Part shown: positions 33,876 to 44,749 of the stretch, one piece after another
Position numbering within the stretch: the stretch's first letter is position 1
Layout of the letters: every line of letters starts with the position of its first letter
Source: Alphaproteobacteria bacterium
Lineage (GTDB): Bacteria; Pseudomonadota; Alphaproteobacteria; SP197
Assembly (NCBI GenBank): GCA_965228895.1
Contig: OZ245842.1
Location: forward strand, 3,776,001-3,840,000
Direction: 5' to 3'
DNA: 64,000 nucleotides
The notes under the pieces: model-generated
Databases searched by the model: none
What the model was told of the DNA's origin: nothing
What the model saw: the letters and a program-made list of their open reading frames with translations, nothing else
Position numbers and translations under genes: made by a program

Positions 33876-34736
33876 TTAAGCGTTCTGTTGTTCTGCTTCG
33901 ATCACCGGGCACATGGCGCAGGCCGGATAGTCGCCGATGCCGAGCCCGTGCTCGGCCAGTTCCGGCAGCCAGTCGGGATCGGCGCCGCCCGGCGGGTCGG
34001 TGATCCGCGCGTCCTCGCCCAGCCATTGCACCGAGATCGAGCGGCGGCCGAGACCGGACGGCAGGTCGCCGGAACCGCCATGCACGGTCATGCCGTGAAA
34101 CACCAGGACGTCGCCCGGCTCCATCGGCCATGAAGCGATGTCGTACTTGTCCCGGTCGGCGCCGGAGAAGTCCGGTATGGGCATGCCGTCCAGGCCGTCG
34201 ATTTCCATGGTGCCGCCCAGGTGATTCTGTTCGAAATACGGGCGCTTCATCGGCCGGTCCCAAAGATGCGAGCCCTTGACGATCTCCAGCGCCGTGCCTT
34301 CGGGCACTGGGTCCAGCGATGTCCAGACACTCAGCGCGTGTCGACCCTCCGCGCTCCAGGATGTCTGATCCTGATGCCAGGGCGTGCGCGCCTTGGTGCC
34401 CGGCGAGCGCAGGAAGACCGTGACATAGAAGGCAAGCGCACGCTCCAGCCCCATCATCTGCGCCGCGACATGGCCGATCGGCGAGTGGGTGATGTAGTCC
34501 TCGTAGCAAGGGTTGGTCGTGACGGTCGCCGCATCGTGGAAGAATCGCTGGCCGGTCGTGTCGTCGCGCGCGTAGTCCACCGTGCGTTTGGTCGGGTGTT
34601 CGCGGTTCAGGTCCATGCCCGCGGCAATGACATCGCGCCATGGCGGGTCCAACACGCCCTTCACCACCACCGCGCCGTCGCGCTGGAATGCCTGGACCAG
34701 ATCATCGGACACGTCGAAGCGTTGGCATGCGATCAT
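33876..34736 (-). CDS. PhyH-family Fe(II)/2-oxoglutarate dioxygenase
   Basis: 'TPWHQD', 'GSHLW', 'PGDVLVFHGMTVHG'. Confidence 0.92.
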   Translation of the reverse strand: MIACQRFDVSDDLVQAFQRDGAVVVKGVLDPPWRDVIAAGMDLNREHPTKRTVDYARDDTTGQRFFHDAATVTTNPCYEDYITHSPIGHVAAQMMGLERALAFYVTVFLRSPGTKARTPWHQDQTSWSAEGRHALSVWTSLDPVPEGTALEIVKGSHLWDRPMKRPYFEQNHLGGTMEIDGLDGMPIPDFSGADRDKYDIASWPMEPGDVLVFHGMTVHGGSGDLPSGLGRRSISVQWLGEDARITDPPGGADPDWLPELAEHGLGIGDYPACAMCPVIEAEQQNA

Positions 34737-34839
34737 GTGAGCCTCCCGCAAAAGAGCGGGAAAAGTAGATCATCGGTTGCGCCGGGCGACAAGCCAGAAG
34801 CCCCTCGACAGGACGTTTCCAGCTTGCAACCGTAGGGCT

Positions 34840-35766
34840 ATGGCAGAGCCTGGACCACATGAACTGCGCCTGATGCAGGGCCTGGCGCAAGAGGTCACCG
34901 CGCTCCGGCCGGAACTCTTGAACGGCGACGCGACCGTCGGCGAACTGGCCTGGGTCTGGGCCAAGGATCATGACACGCTCGGCCCGTACTGGCGCCACCG
35001 CATGTGGTTGGTCGACGGCAAACTGGCTGGTTGGGGTTGGGCGTGCCTGCCCTACCGGGTTCTGCGCGGCGACGGGACGTTGCGCGCGGCAACGGCGGCC
35101 AACCTGATCTGGCAGGTGCATCCCGACCGCCCGGCGCTGCTATCCGAGATCCTCGACTGGTACGACGATGTCGCCGCAAACGTCGACCGGCTGATGATTA
35201 TTCAGTCCGCGGATGATGCGGCACAAGCCATCGTCGGCAAACACGGCTACATCTTCGATGCCGACGATGACGAATGGATCCAGTTCAACATGCGGGACCT
35301 GACCGATATCCCCGATCCGGTGCTGCCGGAGGGTTTCCGCTTTCTGTCTGCCGGAGACATTTCGCTGGCCGACGCGGTGCAGGCGCATCGCGACGCGTGG
35401 CATCCGTCAGGGTTTACCGAGGCGGCGCTCAAGCGGGTGCGGCAGACATGGCCCTACCGGGCCGATCTACATGTGCTGATAGCGGCACCGGACGGTACGC
35501 TGGCCGCGACCGCGATTGTCTGGCTCGACGAGGCGACCCAGACCGCCGAGTTCGAGCCGGTAGGCACGCACCAAAAATTCCGGCGGCGCGGTTTGGGAAC
35601 CGCGTTGCAACTGTACGGCATGCAGCGCGCCAAAGCGGCGGGCGCGAACCGTATGCTTGTCGCGTGTCTTGGATCGCCGGCGCATCCGGCCGCGCGAACG
35701 ATGTACGAAGGTGTCGGCTTTCGCGCGATCACCCGGGACCTGCCGCAAATCAAGGCCGCGCCATAA
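34840..35766 (+). CDS. GNAT-family acetyltransferase
   Basis: 'FEPVGTHQKFRRRGLG' acetyl-CoA motif A. Confidence 0.88.
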   Translation: MAEPGPHELRLMQGLAQEVTALRPELLNGDATVGELAWVWAKDHDTLGPYWRHRMWLVDGKLAGWGWACLPYRVLRGDGTLRAATAANLIWQVHPDRPALLSEILDWYDDVAANVDRLMIIQSADDAAQAIVGKHGYIFDADDDEWIQFNMRDLTDIPDPVLPEGFRFLSAGDISLADAVQAHRDAWHPSGFTEAALKRVRQTWPYRADLHVLIAAPDGTLAATAIVWLDEATQTAEFEPVGTHQKFRRRGLGTALQLYGMQRAKAAGANRMLVACLGSPAHPAARTMYEGVGFRAITRDLPQIKAAP

Positions 35767-35839
35767 CACGCGCAAGCCCGCTTGGCAGGGGGGCCAAAGT
35801 GCGTAGACTGTCGCCCAACATTCTAAGGGGAGATCCGCC

Positions 35840-36925
35840 ATGAAAGCCGCCGTCCTGCGCGAAGTGAACCAGCCTTTGTCGATCGAGGACGTGCAGATCG
35901 ACAACCCGAAGTCGCATGAGGTTCTGGTCCGTACCGCCGCCTGCGGTGTCTGCCACAGCGATCTCCACTATATCGAGGGCAAGTACGCCTGCCCGAAGCC
36001 GACCATCCTGGGCCACGAGTCAGCCGGCGTCGTCGAAAAGGTCGGTTCGGAGGTGCGCTACGTCAAACCGGGCGACCACGTGATCACCTGCCTCTCGGTC
36101 TTCTGCGGCCATTGCGAATACTGCACCACCGGGCGCCCGTTCAGCTGCCAGAACCCGGAGGTCGGCCGTGACGAGGACGAACCGCAGCGCATCACCCAGA
36201 ACGGCGGTGAGATGCACCAGTTCTACAGCCTCTCCTCCTTCGCCGAGCAGATGCTGATCCACGAACATGCGCTCGTGAAGGTGCGCAAGGACATGCCGCT
36301 CGACCGCGCCGCGCTCATCGGCTGCGGCGTCACCACCGGCTTCGGCGCCGTCATCAACACCGCCGATATCGAGGTCGGCAGCACGGTCGCCGTCATCGGC
36401 TGCGGCGGCATCGGCCTCTCCGCCATCAACGGTGCGGCGATCGCTGGCGCCGGGCGCATCATCGCCGTCGACATCTTGGGCTCGAAGCTGAACCTCGCCA
36501 AACACTTCGGCGCGACCGACGTGGTCAACGCCGCCGACACCGACCCGGTCGAGGCCGTCAAGGAAATGACCTCGGGCGGCGTCGAATATTCGTTCGAAGC
36601 GTTGGGCCTGAAGAAGACCGCCGAACAGGCGTTCCAGATGCTGCGTCCCTCGGGTGCGGCAACCATCATCGGCATGGTGCCCGAAGGCGACATGCTGGAG
36701 ATCCACGGCGCCGACTTGCTTGACGACAAGCGCCTGCAGGGCTCCAACATGGGCTCCAACGCCTTCCGCGTCGACATGCCGCGCTTCTGCGACTTCTATC
36801 TGGACGGCAAGCTGAAGCTGGACGACATGATCTCCGCGCGCATTCCGATCGAAGGCATCAACGAAGCCTTCGACGAAATGAAACGCGGCGAGGTCGCGCG
36901 CAGCGTCATCGTCTTCGATACATGA
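35840..36925 (+). CDS. Zn-dependent alcohol dehydrogenase (class III-like)
   Basis: 'CHSD', 'GHE', structural Zn Cys cluster, 'GCGGIG'. Confidence 0.95.
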   Translation: MKAAVLREVNQPLSIEDVQIDNPKSHEVLVRTAACGVCHSDLHYIEGKYACPKPTILGHESAGVVEKVGSEVRYVKPGDHVITCLSVFCGHCEYCTTGRPFSCQNPEVGRDEDEPQRITQNGGEMHQFYSLSSFAEQMLIHEHALVKVRKDMPLDRAALIGCGVTTGFGAVINTADIEVGSTVAVIGCGGIGLSAINGAAIAGAGRIIAVDILGSKLNLAKHFGATDVVNAADTDPVEAVKEMTSGGVEYSFEALGLKKTAEQAFQMLRPSGAATIIGMVPEGDMLEIHGADLLDDKRLQGSNMGSNAFRVDMPRFCDFYLDGKLKLDDMISARIPIEGINEAFDEMKRGEVARSVIVFDT

Positions 36926-37455
36926 GCGAAGCCCGCATCGTCATCATTGGCAATGCGGGCGGTGGCAAGTCGACGCTGGCGCGGGCCATGGCGGCCCGTC
37001 GCGACCTGCCGCTGGTCGAGGTCGACAAGCTGCTGTGGCAGCCCGACTGGTCAGAAATCTCCGACACCGACTACGAGGCCCAGCACGCGCCGCTGATCGC
37101 GAGCGAGAAGTGGATGATCGAGGGTCTCGGCAAACTCGCGACGATCCGCGACCGCATGTTGCGCGCGACCTGGATCATCCTGATCGACATGCCGATCTGG
37201 ATGCATTTCTGGCTAGCCGCCGAACGCCAGATCGCTTGGGCCAAGGGCGAGCTCGAACATCCGCCCGCCGGCAATCACACGTTCATCACCACCCGCGACA
37301 TGTTCGAGACCCTGTGGGAGACCGAACAGGAGATGATGCCGACCATCCGCGCCAACGTGGACGAGGCCGAAGCCGCCGGCATCAAGGTGACGCGGATCGC
37401 GTCCGTGGATGACTTGAATGCGTTTACGGAAGCGATGACGGGCAACGCTGCCTGA
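36922..37455 (+). CDS. P-loop kinase, FlaR/adenylate-kinase-like
   Basis: 'GNAGGGKST', 'D.LLWQPDW'. Confidence 0.8.
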   Translation: MSEARIVIIGNAGGGKSTLARAMAARRDLPLVEVDKLLWQPDWSEISDTDYEAQHAPLIASEKWMIEGLGKLATIRDRMLRATWIILIDMPIWMHFWLAAERQIAWAKGELEHPPAGNHTFITTRDMFETLWETEQEMMPTIRANVDEAEAAGIKVTRIASVDDLNAFTEAMTGNAA

Positions 37456-37559
37456 TCGTTAGCTGCGGCGGGGATGTCACCGTTTTGGTAGTGCGCGGCC
37501 GAGGATCGTCCTAACGTCTCTACCTAGGCTGCGATAGGTCGGCTGGAAGGGGACCCATC

Positions 37560-38714
37560 ATGGACATCAGCGACGCGGCGCGGCGACTTCATGATTCCGC
37601 GATCGTGATCGACACCCATGTCGACACCGTGGTTCGTTGGCTTGACCTCGACGAGGACCTGGGAACCGCGACCGGCAACGGCTACATGGACCTGCCTCTT
37701 ATGAAGCAGGGCAACCTGACGGCATCGTTCTTTGCCTGCTGCGTCGGATTTCACCATGTCGCGGAGGGCACCGCGATCCGCCGCTGTCTCGACATGATCG
37801 ACGGCGTCAAGGAGATCTGCAGCGCCTATCCCGACGAGATCGAAGTGGCGTTGAGCGCCCAAGATGTCAGACGTATCGCCGGGGCGGGCAAGCTCGCCGC
37901 GATCATCGCCATCGAGGGCGGCCATGCCATCGACGACGACATCCGCGTGCTGCGCCAGTACTTCGACCTCGGTGTGCGCTACATGTCGCTCACCCATTTC
38001 AACACGCACAACTGGGCGGACTCGGCGACGGATACCGCGCGCCATGACGGGCTCAGCGCCTTCGGCCGCGACGTCGTCGCGGAAATGAACCGTCTCGGCA
38101 TGATGGTCGACGTCTCGCACGCCTCCGACAAAGTGTTCTGGGACGTCATCGCGATGACCGAAAAGCCGGTCATGGCATCGCACTCGTCGATGCGGGCTCT
38201 GGTCGACCATCCCCGCAACATGACCGACGAGATGGCCAAGGCCGTCGCCGACAACAACGGTGTCGTCTGCGTCACCGCCTGGCCGGAATACATCTCGCAA
38301 GACTACTGGCAGGGCCTGGAGAACCTTGCCGACCGCCTGTCCAACCGCGGCGACGGTGCCAACCGCCGGGCTAGCGCATCGGGCACGACCTCGGCCATCT
38401 TCGACCTGATGGCGCTGGTGCGCGGCGACCGCACCAAGAGCTACAACGTCTTGGCCGACGCCGACATCCCCTTCCCCACGCTGGAAGACCTGCTCGACCA
38501 CATCGACCATGCGGTCGGTGTCGCCGGCATCGATCATGTCGGCGTCGGTACCGACCATGGCGCCATTCGTTTCGACATTGTCGGCATGGAAGACTGCACC
38601 AAACTTCCGGTCTTGACCGAAAGCCTGCTGCGGCGCGGTTACGGCGAAGAAGACGTCCGCAAGATCCTGGGCGAGAACGTGCTGCGCGTCATGGCGGACG
38701 CGATCGGCGCGTGA
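37560..38714 (+). CDS. Membrane dipeptidase family (M19)
   Basis: 'DTHVD', 'IEGG', 'DVSH', 'ASHS', 'RNMTDE'. Confidence 0.92.
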   Translation: MDISDAARRLHDSAIVIDTHVDTVVRWLDLDEDLGTATGNGYMDLPLMKQGNLTASFFACCVGFHHVAEGTAIRRCLDMIDGVKEICSAYPDEIEVALSAQDVRRIAGAGKLAAIIAIEGGHAIDDDIRVLRQYFDLGVRYMSLTHFNTHNWADSATDTARHDGLSAFGRDVVAEMNRLGMMVDVSHASDKVFWDVIAMTEKPVMASHSSMRALVDHPRNMTDEMAKAVADNNGVVCVTAWPEYISQDYWQGLENLADRLSNRGDGANRRASASGTTSAIFDLMALVRGDRTKSYNVLADADIPFPTLEDLLDHIDHAVGVAGIDHVGVGTDHGAIRFDIVGMEDCTKLPVLTESLLRRGYGEEDVRKILGENVLRVMADAIGA

Positions 38715-38717
38715 GCC

Positions 38718-40496
38718 TCAGCCGTAGAGCGCTTCCAGCCGGTCGCCGTAGATCTCTTTCACCACGTGGCGGCGGACCTTCAGTGTCGGGGTCATCTGGT
38801 TGTTCTCGACGGTGAAGGGTTCGGCCGCGACCATGAAGCGTTTGACCTTTTCGATCTGGGCGAGCTTCTGGTTGGCGCGGTCGACAGCGTCGCGCAACGC
38901 GCCGCGGAAACCCTTGTCGTCGGCCAGCGCTGCGAGATCCCGCGCCGCTCCCGCTTGTTTCGCATAGTCCTTGATGAACGCCTCGTCGGGCACCAGAAGC
39001 GCGACCAGATGGGGGCGCTTGTCGCCGACAACCATGGCCTGGGCAATTTCCGGCTCCAATGTCAGAATCCCCTCGACACGCTGGGGCGCCAGGTTGTCGC
39101 CGCCGGAGTTGACGATGATGTCCTTCTTGCGGTCGGTAATCTGTAGATAACCGTCGTCGTCGACCAGGCCGATATCGCCGGTATGGAGCCAGCCGTCCTT
39201 GATCGCCTCGGCGGTGGTCTCCGGGTTGTTCCAGTAGCCGTCCATGACCAGGCCGCCCTTGACCAGGATCTCGCCGTCCTCAGCAATCTTCACCTCGACC
39301 TCCGGCAGGGGCGTGCCGACCGTATGCATCTTGACCGCACCCGGCGGGTTGCAGCTGACCACCGGCGCCGATTCCGTCTGTCCGTAACCCTGCAGCAAGG
39401 TGACGCCGAGCGCGTTGAAGAACTTGCCGACATCGGGGTTCAAGGGCGCGCCGCCGCTGACCATGGCTTTCAGCCGGCCGCCGAAGCGCTGGCGCACTTT
39501 CTCGCGCACCAGCCGTTCCATGGCGCAATCGACCAGCTTCTCGCCCAGGCCGAGCCGGGAATCGGGATCGTTTTTCTTCAGGCCCAGGGCGAGCGTCTTA
39601 TTGAAAAACTTTTCCTTCTTGCCGCCTTCGCGCGCGACACCGGCCAGGATGCGCTGGCGCATGACCTCATAGAGCCGGGGCACGCAGGTCATGATCGTCG
39701 GCCGGACCTCGACCATGTTGTTGGTCAGGGTGTCCGCGCCTTCCGCATAGTAAATCTCCGCGCCGACTGAGATGGGAAACAGGAATCCGCAGGTGTGTTC
39801 ATAGGAGTGCGACAGCGGCAGGAATGAGAGAAAGATCTCGGTGCCCGACAGGATCGGCTCGAAGGCGATGCGAATGCTGCGGATGTTCGAGAGCAGCGCA
39901 TGGTGCGACAGGATGACGCCCTTGGGCAGGCCGCCGGTACCAGATGTATAGATGAAACAGGCGGGATGGCCGCGCTCGATGGTCGCGGCGACCGCCTCGA
40001 CATCGTCCGGCAGTGCCGCACCCTTTTCCTTCAGCGCATCCCACGTCAGGACGTCGACGCCGTCATGGACTTCGACCGGCGCCATGGTGACGACATGAGC
40101 GGCTCCGGTGCGTTTGGCCGCGGGCAGCAGCCGTTCGGCGAGCGGCGCGGTCGAGACGATCGCGACCCTGGCGCCGCTATCGGCGATAATGTGCTCGTTC
40201 AGCGCTTCGGTGTTGGTCGTATAGGCTGGCACGGTGATAGCGCCCGCCGCCATGATGGCGAGATCGGCGACCACCCAGTTGGGCCGGTTTTCTGAGATCA
40301 GCATGACCCGGTCGCCCGCCTTGACCTCCAAAGCGCGCAGGCCGCGCGACACCGCCTTGACCTCGTCGGCCACCTGCCCCCAGGTCTGCGGGCGGTACTG
40401 GCCGTCATGTTTTGACCACATAAACGGTTGATCAGCGTGTTTTGCCGCCTGCTCGAAGAACATCGTCGCCAGATTTGGCCACGGATCCTGGTTCAT
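38718..40496 (-). CDS. Long-chain fatty-acid-CoA ligase
   Basis: 'YTSGTGGLPKG', 'QGYGQTE', 'GWLHTGD', 'TPTLKVRR'. Confidence 0.93.
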   Translation of the reverse strand: MNQDPWPNLATMFFEQAAKHADQPFMWSKHDGQYRPQTWGQVADEVKAVSRGLRALEVKAGDRVMLISENRPNWVVADLAIMAAGAITVPAYTTNTEALNEHIIADSGARVAIVSTAPLAERLLPAAKRTGAAHVVTMAPVEVHDGVDVLTWDALKEKGAALPDDVEAVAATIERGHPACFIYTSGTGGLPKGVILSHHALLSNIRSIRIAFEPILSGTEIFLSFLPLSHSYEHTCGFLFPISVGAEIYYAEGADTLTNNMVEVRPTIMTCVPRLYEVMRQRILAGVAREGGKKEKFFNKTLALGLKKNDPDSRLGLGEKLVDCAMERLVREKVRQRFGGRLKAMVSGGAPLNPDVGKFFNALGVTLLQGYGQTESAPVVSCNPPGAVKMHTVGTPLPEVEVKIAEDGEILVKGGLVMDGYWNNPETTAEAIKDGWLHTGDIGLVDDDGYLQITDRKKDIIVNSGGDNLAPQRVEGILTLEPEIAQAMVVGDKRPHLVALLVPDEAFIKDYAKQAGAARDLAALADDKGFRGALRDAVDRANQKLAQIEKVKRFMVAAEPFTVENNQMTPTLKVRRHVVKEIYGDRLEALYG

Positions 40497-40630
40497 GGCA
40501 TGTGCGCCCTGATTGTGAAGCCTGCCCATGACCTAGATAGTGAGACAGCAGCCGCGTGACAATTCGTTTGGCAGGAAACCGATCCGTCCCCCATATGCTG
40601 ACGTAGCAAAAAAGCAAATGAGTGAGTTGA

Positions 40631-42442
40631 ATGGCCGAAACTTCCGCGCAGAGCACTTCCGAACAAGACAAACTGGGCGACTTGCCCGAGTGGGACCTCT
40701 CCGACCTCTATGCGGGGCCGGACGACCTGGCGATCAACGTCGACCTGGATGAGTCGAATGCCGAGGCCCAGGCCTTTGAGAAGGACCTGAAGGGCAAGCT
40801 CGACACCATCGACGGCGCCGGCTTCGCCACCGCGCTCAAGCGCTACGAGGCCATGCAGGACCGGCTCGGCCGGGTCGGCAGCTACGCCCAGCTGCTCTAC
40901 GCCGGCAACCTGACCGATCCGGAAATCGGCCGCTTCGCCCAATCGGTCCAGGAACGCCTGACCGACATCTCCAGCCACCTTCTGTTCTTCGCGCTGGAGA
41001 TCAACAAACTCGACGACGCCACCTTCGAGAAGCTGCTGGTCTCGCCGGCGCTCGCCCACTACGTCCCCTGGCTGAAAGACGCACGCCTGTTCCGGCCTCA
41101 TCAGCTCTCCGACGAGGCCGAGGCCATGCTGCATGAGATGAGCGTGGTCGGCGATGCCGCCTGGAACCGGCTGTTCGACGAGACCATCGCCGGCCTGCGC
41201 TTCGAGATCGGCGGCGAGAGCCTGACAGAATCGGAAGCGCTCGACCTGTTGTCGTCCCAGGACGGCGACAAGCGCCGGGAAGCGGCCAAGGAGTTGGCCC
41301 GTGTCTTCAAGGCGAATGAAAAACTCTTCGCGCTGATCACCAACACGCTGGCGAAATCGAAGGCGATCGACGACGGCTGGCGGCAGTTCGCGCGGCCGAT
41401 CTCCTACCGGAATCTGTCGAACCAGGTCGAGGACGAGGTGGTCGATGCCCTGATCGCCGCGGTCCAGGCCGCCTACCCCAACCTGTCGCACCGCTATTAC
41501 GCCATGAAGGCCAAATGGATGGGCGGCGACAAGCTCGACTGGTGGGACCGCAACGCGCCGCTCCCCGATGACGACGACCGCCAGATCCCGTGGGATGAGG
41601 CGCGCGCCACCGTGCTCGGCGCCTATGGCGACTTCGCACCGGAAATGGCCGAGATCGCCGAGGGGTTCTTCGACCGCCACTGGATCGACGCCCCGGCGCG
41701 TCCCGGCAAGGCTGGCGGCGCCTTCGCCCATCCGACCGTGCCCAGCGCGCATCCCTTCGTGCTCTTGAACTACCAGGGCAAGACCCGCGACGTCATGACC
41801 CTGGCCCATGAGCTCGGCCACGGCGTGCATCAGGTGCTGGCCGCCGAGCAGGGCCCGCTGCTCGCCTCGACACCGCTGACGCTGGCCGAAACCGCGTCGG
41901 TCTTTGGCGAGCAGTTGACCTTCCGGCGTCTCTTGAACACCGAGACCGATCCCAAGCGTCGGCGCACGATCCTGGCCGCCAAGGTCGAGGACATGCTGAA
42001 CACGGTGGTCCGCCAGATCGCGTTCTGCGAGTTCGAGCGAAGGGTGCACGATGCCCGGCGCGACGGCGAATTGACGCCCGAAGCGATCGGCGAGTTATGG
42101 ATGGGCGTGCAGACCGAGAGCCTGGGCCCGGCGCTCGTCTTCGACGACGACTACCGGAGTTACTGGAGCTACATCCCCCACTTCATCCACTCGCCGTTCT
42201 ATGTCTATGCCTATGCCTTCGGCGATTGCCTGGTGAACGCGCTCTACGCCCACTACCAGGAGGCCGAAGAAGGTTTCCAGGCGCGTTTCTTCGAGATGCT
42301 GAAGGCCGGCGGCTCCAAGCGCCACAAGGAGCTTCTGGCGCCGTTCGGCCTCGACGCCTCGGACCCCGGCTTCTGGTCGAAAGGGCTCAGCATCATCGGC
42401 GGGTTCATCGACGAATTGGAAGCCGCCGATGCGGCGGCCTGA
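40631..42442 (+). CDS. pepF: Oligoendopeptidase F (M3B)
   Basis: 'WDLSDLY', HELGH, 'AETAS', 'FYVYAY'. Confidence 0.93.
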   Translation: MAETSAQSTSEQDKLGDLPEWDLSDLYAGPDDLAINVDLDESNAEAQAFEKDLKGKLDTIDGAGFATALKRYEAMQDRLGRVGSYAQLLYAGNLTDPEIGRFAQSVQERLTDISSHLLFFALEINKLDDATFEKLLVSPALAHYVPWLKDARLFRPHQLSDEAEAMLHEMSVVGDAAWNRLFDETIAGLRFEIGGESLTESEALDLLSSQDGDKRREAAKELARVFKANEKLFALITNTLAKSKAIDDGWRQFARPISYRNLSNQVEDEVVDALIAAVQAAYPNLSHRYYAMKAKWMGGDKLDWWDRNAPLPDDDDRQIPWDEARATVLGAYGDFAPEMAEIAEGFFDRHWIDAPARPGKAGGAFAHPTVPSAHPFVLLNYQGKTRDVMTLAHELGHGVHQVLAAEQGPLLASTPLTLAETASVFGEQLTFRRLLNTETDPKRRRTILAAKVEDMLNTVVRQIAFCEFERRVHDARRDGELTPEAIGELWMGVQTESLGPALVFDDDYRSYWSYIPHFIHSPFYVYAYAFGDCLVNALYAHYQEAEEGFQARFFEMLKAGGSKRHKELLAPFGLDASDPGFWSKGLSIIGGFIDELEAADAAA

Positions 42443-42454
42443 GACGAAGCGCCC

Positions 42455-43807
42455 ATGAGCGAGGGGGACCGCAGCGAATCCAACCGGCTGACCGGCCGCG
42501 TGACGCGTTATGCCCGCGTCGGCACCTCGGTTGGCCGGGTTGCCGCGCGCATGGGTGCCGAGCGTTTGTTCGGTCTGGAGACCAACAGCGCCGAAGCGGC
42601 CGCTGCGCTACGCAACGCGCTCGGCGGCCTCAAGGGGCCGCTGATGAAGGTCGCCCAGCTTCTGGCGACCATCCCCGATGCCCTGCCCGCCGAATACGCC
42701 GGCGAACTCGCGCAGTTGCAATCGAACGCGCCGGCCATGGGCTGGCCCTTCGTGCGCCGACGGATGGCGAGCGAACTGGGGCCGGACTGGCAGGACCGCT
42801 ACAAGAACTTCGAGCACGAGGCCGCCGCCGCCGCCTCGCTTGGCCAGGTGCATCGCGCGGTCTCCCATGACGGCAGAGACCTCGCGTGCAAGCTGCAGTA
42901 TCCGGACATGCAGTCGGCGGTCGAAGCCGACCTCAATCAGCTCAAGATCATCTTCGCCGTCTACCGCCGCTACGACCGCGCGATTGATCCCAGCCGCATC
43001 CACGATGAGATCGCCGCGCGCCTGCGCGAGGAACTCGACTACGACCGCGAGGCCCGCCACCAGTCGCTCTACCGGATGATGCTGCAGGACCAGGCGATGG
43101 TCCACGTGCCGGAGGTCGTGCCGGAGCTTTCGACCAAGCGCCTCCTCACCATGGATTGGATGGACGGCGAGCCCCTGATGAACTTCCTGGGCGAGACGCC
43201 GGAGCACCGCGCCCAGCTCGCCATGGCGATGTTCCACGCCTGGTACGTGCCGTTCTACGGCTACGGCGTCATTCACGGCGACCCGCATCTCGGCAACTAC
43301 AAGGTCCGGCCCGACATGTCGGTCAGCCTGCTCGACTTCGGCTGCGTGCGCGTCTTCCATGCCCGCTTCGTCAAGGGCGTCATCGACCTCTATAACGCGC
43401 TCGAGACCGACGACCGCGACCTCGCCGTCCACGCCTACGAGACCTGGGGATTCACCGGTCTCTCCAACGAGGTCATCGACACGCTGCACCTGTGGGCGGA
43501 GTTCATCTACGCCCCGCTGCTGGAAGACAAACCGCGCGCCATCCACGACGAGGGCAGCATGTACGGTGCGCGCATCGCGTCCAAGGTCCATGCCCGCCTG
43601 CGCGAACTGGGCGGCGTCACCGTGCCGCGCGAGTTCGTCTTCATGGACCGCGCCGCCATCGGGCTCGGCTCCGTCTTCATGCACCTGGAAGCCGAGGTCA
43701 ACTGGCACCGTTTGTTCAAGGACCTGATCGCCGGTTTCGACGAAGACAAACTGCTGAAACGGCAGACTGAAGCGATGGCCGAAGTCGGATTGACTCCGCC
43801 GGATTAG
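42455..43807 (+). CDS. AarF/UbiB (ABC1) atypical kinase
   Basis: 'AAASLGQVHRA', 'KLQYP', 'HGDPHLGN', 'LDFG'. Confidence 0.93.
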   Translation: MSEGDRSESNRLTGRVTRYARVGTSVGRVAARMGAERLFGLETNSAEAAAALRNALGGLKGPLMKVAQLLATIPDALPAEYAGELAQLQSNAPAMGWPFVRRRMASELGPDWQDRYKNFEHEAAAAASLGQVHRAVSHDGRDLACKLQYPDMQSAVEADLNQLKIIFAVYRRYDRAIDPSRIHDEIAARLREELDYDREARHQSLYRMMLQDQAMVHVPEVVPELSTKRLLTMDWMDGEPLMNFLGETPEHRAQLAMAMFHAWYVPFYGYGVIHGDPHLGNYKVRPDMSVSLLDFGCVRVFHARFVKGVIDLYNALETDDRDLAVHAYETWGFTGLSNEVIDTLHLWAEFIYAPLLEDKPRAIHDEGSMYGARIASKVHARLRELGGVTVPREFVFMDRAAIGLGSVFMHLEAEVNWHRLFKDLIAGFDEDKLLKRQTEAMAEVGLTPPD

Positions 43808-44006
43808 ACGTCCGACCAACGCCGATACGGTCGGTGTCCTTCCTCCAAGATAGAAGACGCATTCGCGCGCTAGTGCACCCCCGCAACTGTAGGCGGCGAG
43901 CGACACGCCACCGGCCAAGTTGGCTCGGAATGCGGGCGTTCCTTCCATAACATTGACCGTGTTCTGCGTCTAAGATGCGGCCCAGTAGCAGTAGGGAAGA
44001 CCGACC

Positions 44007-44648
44007 ATGACCTTGTCTCTCGTACGCGCCGGTGGCCTGGCGGTTGCCGCCTTGATCCTGGCGACCACGCCCGGCCACGCCGCCAGTCCCAGTTTTGACT
44101 GCGCAAACGCGTCATCATCGACAGAAAAGCTGATCTGTGGCGACGACCAACTTGCCGCCTTCGATGTCGAGCTCGCCAGGCTTTATGGGCTGGCACGCGA
44201 CAGCGCCGACCTGACCGACGAACAGCGCGACGCGCTGACCGCCAGCCAGCGCGACTGGATCGGCGAGCGCGACGACTGCGCGAAGGCCGAGGATGAGCGG
44301 GCCTGCGTCGAGAATGCCTATGTCACCCGCATCGCCGCGCTGCGCGAGACCTATCCGGCGACGCGCGGCGGCGACGACAAGGGTATCAGCCTGGGCCCGT
44401 TCGATGTCGCCTGCAAGGGTCTGGGTGCCCCGGCGACGCTGACCTTCATCAACAGCGATCCCGCCATCGCCTACCTGACATGGGCCGATCAGGCTCTGCT
44501 CCTGACCCAGGGCCGGTCGGGATCGGGCGCGCGCTACGTCATCGAAACCAAGGAAGGCGAGATCGTCTTCTGGAACAAGGGCAACCAGGCGATGTTCCAA
44601 CGACCGGGCAAGGACGAATTGACGTGCGATATCACCAAGCGGTCCTAG
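44007..44648 (+). CDS. Secreted LprI-like + MliC lysozyme-inhibitor domain protein
   Basis: 'PSFDC...EKLIC', 'QRDW..RD.C', 'SGSGARY...FWNKG'. Confidence 0.85.
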   Translation: MTLSLVRAGGLAVAALILATTPGHAASPSFDCANASSSTEKLICGDDQLAAFDVELARLYGLARDSADLTDEQRDALTASQRDWIGERDDCAKAEDERACVENAYVTRIAALRETYPATRGGDDKGISLGPFDVACKGLGAPATLTFINSDPAIAYLTWADQALLLTQGRSGSGARYVIETKEGEIVFWNKGNQAMFQRPGKDELTCDITKRS

Positions 44649-44749
44649 AGCGGGTCGTGGCGAGCCGGCGCGGCCTTGCCTGTGGTCGGGATATGCGCGA
44701 AACGATTTCTACACCGACCACGGTGACCGCCTGAAAGGGAGCATAGGCC

